Shown: positions 18,178 through 27,419 of the stretch, piece after piece
Layout of the letters: each line of letters opens with the position of its first letter
How positions within the stretch are numbered: position 1 is the stretch's first letter
DNA from: a virus
Lineage: Duplodnaviria > Heunggongvirae > Uroviricota > Caudoviricetes
Length of the DNA stretch: 32,955 nucleotides
Direction: 5' to 3' (one strand)
Virus record (IMG/VR): IMGVR_UViG_2617271086_000008
Coordinates: 1-32,955 of that record
The notes under the pieces: generated by a model
The model's input: only the letters and a program-made list of their open reading frames with translations
The model's database searches: none
What the model was told of the DNA's origin: nothing
Translations under genes and position numbers: made by a program

Positions 18178-18322
18178 CCCGCAGACGAACGGCGATTTAA
18201 GTGCCGATATCCGGCAGCTTGAGAACGCGCTGGCACGCTGTGCCAGCCAGGTAAAAATGATTAAACACTGTCAGGACGAAAACGATGCTCAAACCCGACA
18301 GCCTGCGCAGGGCGCTGACTGA
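18032..18322 (+). CDS. lysC: o-spanin (Rz1-like lipoprotein) LysC
   Basis: 96 aa in the +1 frame overlapping the lysB 3' half; lipobox LCAGC; Pro-rich. Confidence 0.75.
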   Translation: MKTRIFAAGMALTCLMLCAGCTSVRPALTPVIVANACPKVSLCPMPGSDPQTNGDLSADIRQLENALARCASQVKMIKHCQDENDAQTRQPAQGAD

Positions 18323-18752
18323 TGCCGTCACGGTGCTGAAAACTAACCCCGATATGCTGCGGATATTCGTGGATAACGGGAGTATTGCCTCCACGCTGGC
18401 GGCGTCGTTGTCATTCGAAAAGCGTTACACGCTCAATGTGATTGTGACCGACTTTACCGGTGATTTTGACCTGCTCATTGTGCCGGTGCTGGCGTGGCTG
18501 CGGGAAAATCAGCCCGACATCATGACCACCGACGCAGGCCAGAAAAAGGGCTTCACGTTTTATGCAGACATCAACAATGACAGCAGCTTTGATATCAGCA
18601 TCAGCCTGATGCTGACCGAGCGCACGCTGGTCAGTGAGGTTGACGGTGCGCTGCATGTGAAGAATATCCCGGAACCTCCGCCGCCGGAGCCGGTCACCCG
18701 CCCGATGGAGCTTTATATCAATGGCGAACTGGTGAGCAAGTGGGATGAATGA
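18285..18752 (+). CDS. R: Tail completion protein R
   Basis: 155 aa, P2 gpR size and position. Confidence 0.85.
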   Translation: MLKPDSLRRALTDAVTVLKTNPDMLRIFVDNGSIASTLAASLSFEKRYTLNVIVTDFTGDFDLLIVPVLAWLRENQPDIMTTDAGQKKGFTFYADINNDSSFDISISLMLTERTLVSEVDGALHVKNIPEPPPPEPVTRPMELYINGELVSKWDE

Positions 18753-19197
18753 GTTTAAGCGTTTTGAAGACCGGCTGACCGGACTTATTGAGTCGCTGTC
18801 ACCGTCAGGGCGTCGGCGACTGAGTGCCGAACTGGCGAAACGCCTGCGGCAGAGTCAGCAGCGTCGGGTGATGGCACAGAAAGCTCCGGACGGCACACCC
18901 TATGCGCCACGCCAGCAGCAGAGCGCCAGAAAAAAGACCGGTCGCGTTAAGCGAAAAATGTTTGCGAAACTTATCACCAGTCGTTTTTTGCATATCCGCG
19001 CCAGCCCTGAACAGGCATCAATGGAGTTTTACGGCGGGAAGTCACCGAAAATCGCCAGTGTGCATCAGTTTGGTCTGTCGGAAGAAACCCGGAAAGACGG
19101 TAAGAAAATTGATTATCCGGCGCGTCCTCTGCTCGGCTTTACCGGTGAGGATGTGCAGATGATTGAAGAGATTATCCTGGCTCACCTCGACCGTTAG
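18745..19197 (+). CDS. S: Tail completion protein S
   Basis: 150 aa, P2 gpS size and position. Confidence 0.85.
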   Translation: MNEFKRFEDRLTGLIESLSPSGRRRLSAELAKRLRQSQQRRVMAQKAPDGTPYAPRQQQSARKKTGRVKRKMFAKLITSRFLHIRASPEQASMEFYGGKSPKIASVHQFGLSEETRKDGKKIDYPARPLLGFTGEDVQMIEEIILAHLDR

Positions 19198-19263
19198 TTG
19201 TGCCATTCCCGACACCTCATCGTCACATTGCCGCCGGTATGACCCGGCGGCATCCTTCCCGTT

Positions 19264-19899
19264 ATGAACACTCTCGCAAATATTCAGGAACTCGCGCGCG
19301 CACTGCGCAACATGATTCGCACCGGCGTTATCGTCGAAACCGATCTTAACGCCGGTCGCTGCCGTGTGCAGACCGGCGGCATGTGTACCGACTGGCTGCA
19401 GTGGCTGACCCATCGCGCCGGGCGTTCGCGCACATGGTGGGCACCTTCCGTGGGGGAACAGGTGCTGATTCTGGCCGTGGGCGGTGAACTCGACACGGCG
19501 TTCGTTCTGCCGGGGATTTATTCCGGTGATAACCCCGCGCCGTCTGCGTCGGCGGATGCCCTGCATATCCGTTTCCCTGACGGGGCGGTGATTGAATATG
19601 AACCCGAAACCAGTGCACTCACGGTAAGCGGAATTAAAACGGCCAGCGTGACGGCTTCTGATTCTGTTACTGCCACGGTGCCGGTGGTCATGGTGAAAGC
19701 ATCAACCCGCATCACCCTGGACACACCGGAGGTGGTCTGCACCAACAGGCTGATTACCGGCACGCTGGAAGTGCAGAAGGGCGGGACGATGCGCGGCAAC
19801 ATTGAACACACCGGAGGTGAACTCTCATCAAACGGTAAGGTACTGCATACCCATAAACACCCCGGCGACAGCGGCGGCAAAACCGGGAGTCCTCTATGA
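19264..19899 (+). CDS. V: Baseplate spike protein V
   Basis: 211 aa, P2 gpV-like. Confidence 0.9.
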   Translation: MNTLANIQELARALRNMIRTGVIVETDLNAGRCRVQTGGMCTDWLQWLTHRAGRSRTWWAPSVGEQVLILAVGGELDTAFVLPGIYSGDNPAPSASADALHIRFPDGAVIEYEPETSALTVSGIKTASVTASDSVTATVPVVMVKASTRITLDTPEVVCTNRLITGTLEVQKGGTMRGNIEHTGGELSSNGKVLHTHKHPGDSGGKTGSPL

Positions 19900-20243
19900 C
19901 AGCGCGTTATCTCGGAATGAATCGCAGTGATGGCCTGACGGTCACTGACCTTGAGCATATCAGCCAGAGTATCGGCGATATCCTGCGCACACCGGTCGGC
20001 TCACGGGTGATGCGTCGTGATTACGGCTCGTTGCTGGCATCAATGATTGACCAGCCGCAGACCCCGGCGCTTGAGTTGCAGATTAAGGTCGCCTGTTACA
20101 TGGCGGTGCTGAAATGGGAACCCCGCGTCACCCTGTCATCCGTCATCACTGAGCGCAGTTTTGACGGGCGAATGACGGTCACGTTAACCGGCCAGCACAA
20201 CGACACCGGCCAGCCACTTTCGTTAACCATCCCTGTGAGTTGA
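19896..20243 (+). CDS. W: Baseplate protein W (gp25-like)
   Basis: 115 aa, P2 gpW-like. Confidence 0.9.
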   Translation: MTARYLGMNRSDGLTVTDLEHISQSIGDILRTPVGSRVMRRDYGSLLASMIDQPQTPALELQIKVACYMAVLKWEPRVTLSSVITERSFDGRMTVTLTGQHNDTGQPLSLTIPVS

Positions 20244-20247
20244 AACC

Positions 20248-21156
20248 ATGCCGATTATCGACCTGAACCAGCTACCCGCACCGGATGTGGTTGAGGAGCT
20301 GGACTTTGAAACCATTCTTGCAGAACGCAAGGCGACACTGATTTCCCTTTACCCGGAAGACCAGCAGGAGGCGGTCGCCCGTACCCTGACGCTGGAATCC
20401 GAGCCTCTCGTCAAACTGCTGGAGGAAAACGCTTATCGTGAGCTTATCTGGCGTCAGCGTGTGAATGAGGCCGCACGGGCGGTGATGCTGGCCTGTGCAG
20501 CCGATAATGACCTTGATGTGATTGGTGCCAATTACAACACCACGCGCCTGATTATCACCCCGGCAGATGATTCGACCATCCCGCCGACACCGGCAGTGAT
20601 GGAGTCTGACACCGATTATCGTCTGCGTATTCAGCAGGCGTTTGAGGGCTTAAGCGTCGCCGGGGCGGTGGGAGCCTATCAGTATCATGGTCGCAGTGCT
20701 GACGGGCGTGTCGCCGATATTTCTGTCACCAGTCCGTCTCCTGCCTGTGTCACCATCTCTGTGCTGTCACGTGAAAATAACGGCGTCGCATCCGAAGACC
20801 TGCTGGCTGTGGTGCGCAACGCCCTTAATGGCGAGGACGTCAGGCCGGTGGCCGACCGCGTGACCGTACAGTCTGCCGCCATCGTTGAATACCAGATAAA
20901 CGCCACGCTTTACCTTTACCCTGGTCCCGAAAGCGAACCCATCCGCGCTGCCGCCGTGAAAAAACTGGAAGCGTATATCACGGCACAGCACCGGCTGGGG
21001 CGTGACATCCGTCTGTCTGCCATTTATGCCGCTTTGCATGTGGAAGGCGTGCAGCGTGTCGAACTGGCTGCACCGCTGGCCGACATCGTGCTCAACAGTA
21101 CGCAGGCGTCTTTCTGTACCGAATACAGCGTCGTGACCGGAGGCTCGGATGAGTGA
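20248..21156 (+). CDS. J: Baseplate protein J
   Basis: 302 aa, P2 gpJ-like. Confidence 0.9.
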   Translation: MPIIDLNQLPAPDVVEELDFETILAERKATLISLYPEDQQEAVARTLTLESEPLVKLLEENAYRELIWRQRVNEAARAVMLACAADNDLDVIGANYNTTRLIITPADDSTIPPTPAVMESDTDYRLRIQQAFEGLSVAGAVGAYQYHGRSADGRVADISVTSPSPACVTISVLSRENNGVASEDLLAVVRNALNGEDVRPVADRVTVQSAAIVEYQINATLYLYPGPESEPIRAAAVKKLEAYITAQHRLGRDIRLSAIYAALHVEGVQRVELAAPLADIVLNSTQASFCTEYSVVTGGSDE

Positions 21157-21760
21157 TTCGCGACTGCTGCCGACTGGCTCATCACCGCTTGAAGTTGCCG
21201 CCGCAAAAGCCTGCGCGGAAATTGAAAAAACGCCGGTCAGTATTCGTGAGCTGTGGAACCCGGATACCTGCCCGGCAAATCTGCTGCCGTGGCTGGCGTG
21301 GTCATTTTCGGTTGACCGCTGGGATGATAAGTGGCCGGAAGCGACAAAACGCGCTGTTATCCGCGATGCGTATTTCATTCACTGTCATAAAGGCACTATA
21401 GGTGCAATCCGGCGTGTGGTGGAGCCGCTCGGCTATCTGATTGAGGTGAGGGAGTGGTGGCAGCTCAACGAGGAGCCGGGGACGTTCCGTATCGTTGTTG
21501 GCGTGCTTGAGCAGGGTATTACCGAAGAAATGTATCAGGAGCTGGAGCGCCTCGTTGCTGATGCAAAACCGGCGAGCCGCCATCTTACGGGACTGGCTAT
21601 CAGTTTAAGTACAACCGGCAACATTTTTGCCGGTGCGGGATGCTATCACGGTGACGCCCTGACGGTTTATCCCTACACCCCGGAGGCCATTATTGTCGGA
21701 GGGGATTATTTCCCGGCCTCGGCCATTCATTTAATTGATAACCTGAGAGTAAACGCATGA
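21149..21760 (+). CDS. I: Baseplate/tail protein I
   Basis: P2 gpI position; exact start uncertain (ORF gives 203 aa). Confidence 0.8.
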   Translation: MSDSRLLPTGSSPLEVAAAKACAEIEKTPVSIRELWNPDTCPANLLPWLAWSFSVDRWDDKWPEATKRAVIRDAYFIHCHKGTIGAIRRVVEPLGYLIEVREWWQLNEEPGTFRIVVGVLEQGITEEMYQELERLVADAKPASRHLTGLAISLSTTGNIFAGAGCYHGDALTVYPYTPEAIIVGGDYFPASAIHLIDNLRVNA

Positions 21761-23052
21761 CAGTGAAATACTACGCCATTCTGACTAATCAGGGCGCAGC
21801 ACGGCTGGCTAACGCGACGATGCTCGGCAGTAAGCTGAATCTGACGCAAATGGCCGTTGGTGATGCGAATGGTGTCTTGCCGACACCAGACCCGGCACAG
21901 ACAAAACTGATTAACCAGAAACGCATCGCGCCGCTGAATCTTCTGAGTGTTGACCCGAACAACCAGAGCCAGATTATTGCGGAGCAAATCATCCCTGAGA
22001 ACGAGGGCGGATTCTGGATCCGTGAGATTGGGCTTTATGATGATGAAGGCGTACTCATTGCGGTGGCGAACTGCCCGGAAACGTACAAACCGCAGTTGCA
22101 GGAAGGCAGTGGTCGTACCCAGACTATCCGCATGATTCTTGTTGTCACGAATACCGAAGCTATCACGCTGAAAATCGACCCGTCGGTGGTACTGGCGACC
22201 CGTAAATACGTGGATGATGAAGTCCTGGAATTAAGGCTGTATGTGGATGACCAGATGAGAAACCACATTGCCGCACAGGATCCTCATACCCAGTATGCGC
22301 AGAAACATAATCCGACATTTACCGGAGAACCAAAAGCGCCGACGCCTGCCGCAGGAAATAACACCACGCGGATTGCGACCACTGCGTTTGTACAGGCCGC
22401 TATTACCGCTCTGATTAACGGTGCGCCTGACACGCTGGACACACTGAAAGAAATTGCCGCGGCCATTAACAATGACCCGAAATTCAGCACCACCATTAAC
22501 AATGCGCTGTCAGGTAAGCAGCCACTGGATGAGACGCTGACTCATTTGAGTGGAAAGGATGTTGCCGGTCTTCTCGCATACCTTGGTTTGGGAGAAACGA
22601 TAAATAAAGCCTCCGGAGCTATGCAGAAATCGGCTAATGGATCTGATATTTCTGATGTATCAGCCTTCCGAAATGCGCTCCAGTTAGGGACCGCTGCAAC
22701 ACGAGATGTTGGAGCAGATAATGCCTCGAAGTTACTGGATTTAGACAGCTTCAGGTCAATGATGTCAGGTAATGGCTACATCTACATTCCATGCATTGCG
22801 ACGACAGGAAACCCGGTGAAACTTATGTTGCAGTGGGGAACGGTGGCAACACAAAAGGGAGCTGATGCTGGATATGCCTTACCATTTGCTTTTCCCTATG
22901 CAGGCTTGTTTGCGACCGGAAACCGTGGAACATCTGGCTACAATGCCGCGATGAATGTGCGTATTGCCAGCAGAACGCATATCAGTATTCAGAACTGGTC
23001 GCCATCCGGAGAGGGCACCGAAGATTGTTGTTTTATCGCGCTGGGGTATTAA
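21757..23052 (+). CDS. H: Tail fibre protein H (constant N-terminus plus currently expressed variable C-terminus)
   Basis: 431 aa; the constant/variable junction at the LGLGE codons coincides with the inversion crossover site. Confidence 0.85.
   Translation: MTVKYYAILTNQGAARLANATMLGSKLNLTQMAVGDANGVLPTPDPAQTKLINQKRIAPLNLLSVDPNNQSQIIAEQIIPENEGGFWIREIGLYDDEGVLIAVANCPETYKPQLQEGSGRTQTIRMILVVTNTEAITLKIDPSVVLATRKYVDDEVLELRLYVDDQMRNHIAAQDPHTQYAQKHNPTFTGEPKAPTPAAGNNTTRIATTAFVQAAITALINGAPDTLDTLKEIAAAINNDPKFSTTINNALSGKQPLDETLTHLSGKDVAGLLAYLGLGETINKASGAMQKSANGSDISDVSAFRNALQLGTAATRDVGADNASKLLDLDSFRSMMSGNGYIYIPCIATTGNPVKLMLQWGTVATQKGADAGYALPFAFPYAGLFATGNRGTSGYNAAMNVRIASRTHISIQNWSPSGEGTEDCCFIALGY
22571..22596. 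repeat. Invertase crossover site (left), inside gene H
   Basis: TTCTCGCATACC-TT-GGTTTGGGAGAA; the 14-bp core ttggtttgggagaa (22583-22596) is the exact reverse complement of 24480-24493. Confidence 0.7.
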
Positions 23053-23054
23053 GA

Positions 23055-23471
23055 ATGAATAAATTTTATAAAGGCTCTTTCTATCCGGAAGCACTAAAAG
23101 AGGTATATATCAGCGCCGGTTCATGGCCTGAAAATGGCGTTGATGTTGATGATGAAACAATGGCAATTTACACAGGCGTAGCGCCACAAGGCAAAACGCT
23201 GGGGGCTGATAAAAATGGTAATCCTGCGTGGATTGATATCCCGCCACTCTCCGCTGAACAACAGATTATTCAGGCTGAACAGAAAAGAACGGTATTGCGT
23301 TCTATGGCTGATAAGGAAATAGTCTGGAGACAGGATGCTTTTGATGCGGAAATCGCGACGGCAGAAGAAACCGCCGCGTTATCTGAATGGAAAAAATACC
23401 GGGTCTTGCTGATGCGCGTTGATACATCAAATCCCGTCTGGCCTACGCCTCCGGGGGAGCAGGCCAATTGA
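23055..23471 (+). CDS. G: Tail fibre assembly protein (current orientation)
   Basis: ATG 23055 immediately after the H stop; 138 aa. Confidence 0.75.
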   Translation: MNKFYKGSFYPEALKEVYISAGSWPENGVDVDDETMAIYTGVAPQGKTLGADKNGNPAWIDIPPLSAEQQIIQAEQKRTVLRSMADKEIVWRQDAFDAEIATAEETAALSEWKKYRVLLMRVDTSNPVWPTPPGEQAN

Positions 23472-24036
23472 TATCCGGCGCGGTGCTGGTATCTGTTGCC
23501 GTCACCGCGTCAATGTAATCCAGCACAGCGTTAAGCCGGGTTGTTTCTGCCTGCGTCAGTTTCCGCCCGGCCTGTAATTTCAGCTGAATCAGACTAATGG
23601 AAGCCATTGCAGCATCAATCAGCGACTGGCGCTGTGCTTCTGCCGCGTCTACTGCGGCGCTATGCTGTGCCTCGGTATCCGTCACCCATTTCTCACCATC
23701 CCATTTATCGTATGGCGTTAACGGTGAAAGCGTGACATAACCGTCTTTGATGGCACCGATATAATCCACTGTAACAGCTGCACCATTTTCTGTTGAGTAA
23801 ACAGTCTCATTGCGATGGTCTTCTTCATGGATCCATCCCTTACCCGTAAATACTGCCACTTTTCCAGGAATGTTTTCGCCCGGGTCAATACCAGTGGAAC
23901 AGGCGGGCATACTTACACCAGTATTAATATATTCATCAGACCAGCCCGTATATTCATACGTTACTTCATCATAATAAAAACAACGCATATCACCCGGCAC
24001 TGTAGCCAGTCCATTTTCATCAAAAACAGGTTTCAT
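23443..24036 (-). CDS. Alternative tail fibre assembly protein (inverted cassette)
   Basis: 197-aa minus-strand ORF inside the invertible segment; 3' end overlaps G convergently. Confidence 0.7.
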   Translation of the reverse strand: MKPVFDENGLATVPGDMRCFYYDEVTYEYTGWSDEYINTGVSMPACSTGIDPGENIPGKVAVFTGKGWIHEEDHRNETVYSTENGAAVTVDYIGAIKDGYVTLSPLTPYDKWDGEKWVTDTEAQHSAAVDAAEAQRQSLIDAAMASISLIQLKLQAGRKLTQAETTRLNAVLDYIDAVTATDTSTAPDINWPAPPEA

Positions 24037-24493
24037 TATTTAGCCCTCACCAGAAAGTTAAATGCGATGTTACGTGGTCTGACGGCAATAAAATTCACAC
24101 CATCACCCACTGAATTACTGGTGTAATGGTATCGAGAGAAACCCGGCTCGTGTGCTGATATTCCATCGTGATTAGCAATCGAATGGCCGGAGCCCTCTGG
24201 ATAATTACCGCCAAATTGCGATAAAGATGTTGCTGCCTGCCAGCTTAATAATGCTCGTCCACTGTCCGCCCCTCGCCCATCATCCCAGATACGAATGAAA
24301 TCACCGCGGGCTTCAGGCAATACCAGCGAAGGAAACACTTTCGCCAGCACAGGGTAATCAGTGGCAGAGAATTTCGCGCCGTTGAACTTCAAAAACACCA
24401 TGCTGGACCAGCTGTCGATTACGGTATCTGGCATTGCGGCGGACGGCCAGAAGAACGGAACGCCAATAGCTGGAACACCTTCTCCCAAACCAA
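24036..24493 (-). other. Promoterless alternative tail-fibre C-terminal cassette (Hv')
   Basis: Minus-strand ORF whose 5' end encodes GLGE at the right crossover site; inversion would fuse it in frame to the H constant region. Confidence 0.7.
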
Positions 24494-24505
24494 CGTTTAA
24501 GAAAA
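24480..24505. repeat. Invertase crossover site (right)
   Basis: TTCTCCCAAACC-AA-CGTTTAAGAAAA; imperfect palindrome of the Hin/Gin half-site type, inverted relative to 22571-22596. Confidence 0.7.
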
Positions 24506-24560
24506 TGCAGAGATTACGGCTAACTGGCATCATCCCCGGTTTTTATTCAGGGGATCCATC

Positions 24561-25154
24561 ATGCTTATTGGCTATGTCCGCGTGTCAACAAATGACCAGA
24601 ATACGGAATTGCAGCGTAACGCGCTGGAGTGCGCAGGATGTGAGCTGATTTTTGAGGATAAAATCAGCGGCACGAAGTCCGACCGACCGGGACTGAAAAA
24701 ACTGCTCAGGACATTATCGGAGGGGGATACACTGGTGGTCTGGAAGCTGGACCGGCTGGGGCGTAGTATGCGGCATCTGGTCATTCTGGTTGAGGAACTG
24801 CGCGAACGCGGCGTTAATTTTCGCAGCCTGACAGATGCTATTGATACCAGCACGCCGATGGGGCGTTTTTTCTTTCATGTGATGGGTGCCCTGGCTGAAA
24901 TGGAGCGAGAACTCATTGTCGAGCGGACACGCGCCGGACTGGAAGCGGCCAGAGCCAAAGGTCGTATTGGTGGCAGACGACCGAAACTCACCGCGAGTGA
25001 GTGGGAGCAGGTCGGACGGTTGCTGGCTGCGGGGGAATCTCGTCAACGTGTAGCGCTGATTTTTGATATTGGCCTGTCCACGCTCTATAAAAAATTCCCC
25101 TCATCAGCGACAAAGAATAAATTGTGTCATCCCTTAGCCAACCGGGACAAATAG
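24561..25154 (+). CDS. Serine DNA invertase (Pin/Gin/Cin/Hin family)
   Basis: N-terminus MLIGYVRVSTNDQ with catalytic Ser; resolvase core (VWKLDRLGRS) and C-terminal HTH; very similar to e14 Pin as recalled. Confidence 0.9.
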   Translation: MLIGYVRVSTNDQNTELQRNALECAGCELIFEDKISGTKSDRPGLKKLLRTLSEGDTLVVWKLDRLGRSMRHLVILVEELRERGVNFRSLTDAIDTSTPMGRFFFHVMGALAEMERELIVERTRAGLEAARAKGRIGGRRPKLTASEWEQVGRLLAAGESRQRVALIFDIGLSTLYKKFPSSATKNKLCHPLANRDK

Positions 25155-25213
25155 CCTGACATCTCCGGCGCAACTGAAAATACCACTCACCCATTAACCA
25201 CGGAGTTAAACGG

Positions 25214-26404
25214 ATGAGTGACTATCATCACGGCGTGCAGGTGCTGGAGATTAACGACGGCACCCGCGTCATTTCCACCGTATCCACCGCCATTGTCGGC
25301 ATGGTCTGCACGGCCAGCGATGCGGATGTGGAAACCTTCCCCCTCAATAAACCTGTGCTGATTACCAATGTGCAGAGCGCAATTGCAAAGGCCGGTAAAA
25401 AAGGCACGCTGGCGGCATCGTTGCAGGCTATCGCCGACCAGTCAAAACCGGTCACCGTTGTCGTGCGTGTGGAAGACGGCACCGGCGACGACGAGGAAAC
25501 GAAACTCGCGCAGACCGTTTCCAATATCATCGGCACCACCGACGAAAACGGTCAGTACACCGGACTGAAAGCCCTGCTGGCGGCGGAGTCGGTAACTGGT
25601 GTTAAACCGCGTATTCTCGGCGTGCCGGGACTGGACACCAAAGAGGTGGCTGTTGCACTGGCATCAGTCTGTCAGAAGCTGCGCGCTTTCGGGTATATCA
25701 GCGCATGGGGCTGTAAAACTATTTCCGAGGTGAAAGCCTACCGCCAGAATTTCAGCCAGCGTGAGCTGATGGTCATCTGGCCGGATTTCCTCGCATGGGA
25801 TACGGTCGCCAGTACCACCGCCAACGCGTATGCCACCGCCCGTGCGCTGGGTCTGCGCGCTAAAATCGACCAGGAGCAGGGCTGGCATAAAACGCTGTCC
25901 AACGTCGGGGTAAACGGTGTTACCGGTATCAGCGCGTCCGTATTCTGGGATTTGCAGGAGTCCGGTACCGATGCTGACCTGCTTAACGAGTCTGGCGTCA
26001 CAACGCTGATTCGCCGCGACGGTTTCCGCTTCTGGGGTAACCGTACCTGCTCTGATGACCCGCTGTTCCTCTTTGAAAACTACACCCGCACCGCGCAGGT
26101 GCTGGCCGACACGATGGCTGAGGCGCACATGTGGGCAGTGGACAAGCCCATCACCGCAACGCTGATTCGCGACATCGTTGACGGCATCAATGCCAAATTC
26201 CGTGAGCTGAAAACAAACGGCTATATCGTGGATGCGACCTGCTGGTTCAGCGAAGAATCCAACGATGCGGAAACCCTCAAGGCCGGAAAACTGTATATCG
26301 ACTACGACTATACCCCGGTGCCTCCTCTCGAAAACCTGACCCTGCGCCAGCGTATTACCGATAAATACCTGGCAAATCTGGTCACCTCGGTTAACAGCAA
26401 TTAA
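25214..26404 (+). CDS. FI: Tail sheath protein
   Basis: 396 aa, P2 gpFI-like. Confidence 0.9.
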   Translation: MSDYHHGVQVLEINDGTRVISTVSTAIVGMVCTASDADVETFPLNKPVLITNVQSAIAKAGKKGTLAASLQAIADQSKPVTVVVRVEDGTGDDEETKLAQTVSNIIGTTDENGQYTGLKALLAAESVTGVKPRILGVPGLDTKEVAVALASVCQKLRAFGYISAWGCKTISEVKAYRQNFSQRELMVIWPDFLAWDTVASTTANAYATARALGLRAKIDQEQGWHKTLSNVGVNGVTGISASVFWDLQESGTDADLLNESGVTTLIRRDGFRFWGNRTCSDDPLFLFENYTRTAQVLADTMAEAHMWAVDKPITATLIRDIVDGINAKFRELKTNGYIVDATCWFSEESNDAETLKAGKLYIDYDYTPVPPLENLTLRQRITDKYLANLVTSVNSN

Positions 26405-26416
26405 GGAGCCTGACCG

Positions 26417-26935
26417 ATGGCAATGCCGCGCAAACTCAAGTTAATGAACGTCTTTCTGAACGGCTACAGCTATCAGGGCGTTGCAAAGTCCGTCACGCTG
26501 CCAAAACTGACCCGTAAGCTCGAAAACTATCGCGGTGCGGGGATGAACGGCAGCGCACCGGTAGACCTCGGCCTTGATGACGATGCGCTGTCAATGGAGT
26601 GGTCGCTCGGGGGCTTCCCGGATTCGGTTATCTGGGAGCTTTACGCCGCAACCGGTGTGGATGCCGTGCCGATTCGTTTTGCAGGCTCTTACCAGCGCGA
26701 CGATACCGGCGAAACGGTGGCCGTCGAGGTGGTCATGCGTGGACGTCAGAAAGAAATCGACACCGGCGAGGGGAAACAGGGAGAAGACACCGAGTCGAAA
26801 ATCTCCGTGGTCTGCACCTATTTCCGGCTGACGATGGACGGTAAGGAGCTGGTCGAAATCGACACCATCAACATGATTGAGAAGGTGAACGGCGTCGACC
26901 GGCTGGAGCAACACCGCCGCAATATCGGCCTGTGA
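26417..26935 (+). CDS. FII: Tail tube protein
   Basis: 172 aa, P2 gpFII-like. Confidence 0.9.
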   Translation: MAMPRKLKLMNVFLNGYSYQGVAKSVTLPKLTRKLENYRGAGMNGSAPVDLGLDDDALSMEWSLGGFPDSVIWELYAATGVDAVPIRFAGSYQRDDTGETVAVEVVMRGRQKEIDTGEGKQGEDTESKISVVCTYFRLTMDGKELVEIDTINMIEKVNGVDRLEQHRRNIGL

Positions 26936-26991
26936 TTTTCATCCGGTCAGCCAGGCTGACCGGTTAACCCCGATTCAGAAGTGAGAAAACC

Positions 26992-27267
26992 ATGAACAAA
27001 GAAAATGTCATTACCCTGGACAATCCGGTCAAACGTGGTGAGCAGGTTATCGAACAGGTCACGCTGATGAAACCTAACGCCGGGACGCTGCGCGGTGTCA
27101 GTCTGGCTGCGGTTGCAAACTCCGAAGTCGATGCACTGATTAAAGTGCTGCCGCGCATGACGGCACCGATGCTGACCGAGCAGGAAGTCGCCGCGCTGGA
27201 ACTGCCTGACCTTGTGGCGCTGGCCGGTAAGGTGGTCGGTTTTTTGTCGCCGAACTCGGTGCAGTGA
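26992..27267 (+). CDS. E: Tail assembly chaperone E
   Basis: 91 aa, located between the tube gene and the tape measure gene. Confidence 0.85.
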   Translation: MNKENVITLDNPVKRGEQVIEQVTLMKPNAGTLRGVSLAAVANSEVDALIKVLPRMTAPMLTEQEVAALELPDLVALAGKVVGFLSPNSVQ

Positions 27268-27419
27268 CGTTCCCGAAAAATCTCTCGGTCGATGACCTGA
27301 TGGCGGATGTGGCAGTGATATTTCACTGGCCGCCATCAGAACTGTATCCCATGAGCCTGACCGAACTCATCACATGGCGCGAAAAGGCGCTCCGGCGAAG
27401 CGGAAACACGAATGAGTAA
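26992..27419 (+). CDS. E': E+E' fusion produced by programmed -1 frameshift
   Basis: Slippery heptamer T_TTT_TTG at 27240-27246; the -1 frame stays open from 27246 to the TAA at 27417-27419, which overlaps the T start codon. Confidence 0.65.

Larger units (their letters stand above)
22571..24505. mobile_element. Invertible tail-fibre DNA segment (about 1.9 kb)
   Basis: Bounded by inverted 26-bp crossover sites; contains two oppositely oriented variable-C-terminus/tfa gene sets; adjacent serine invertase. Confidence 0.75.

Noticed and set aside
24494-24533. 5' extension of the Hv' ORF beyond the crossover site (MMPVSRNLCIFLNV)
   Set aside because: The cassette is promoterless and is expressed only when fused to H at the crossover; codons upstream of the site are not part of a real gene.
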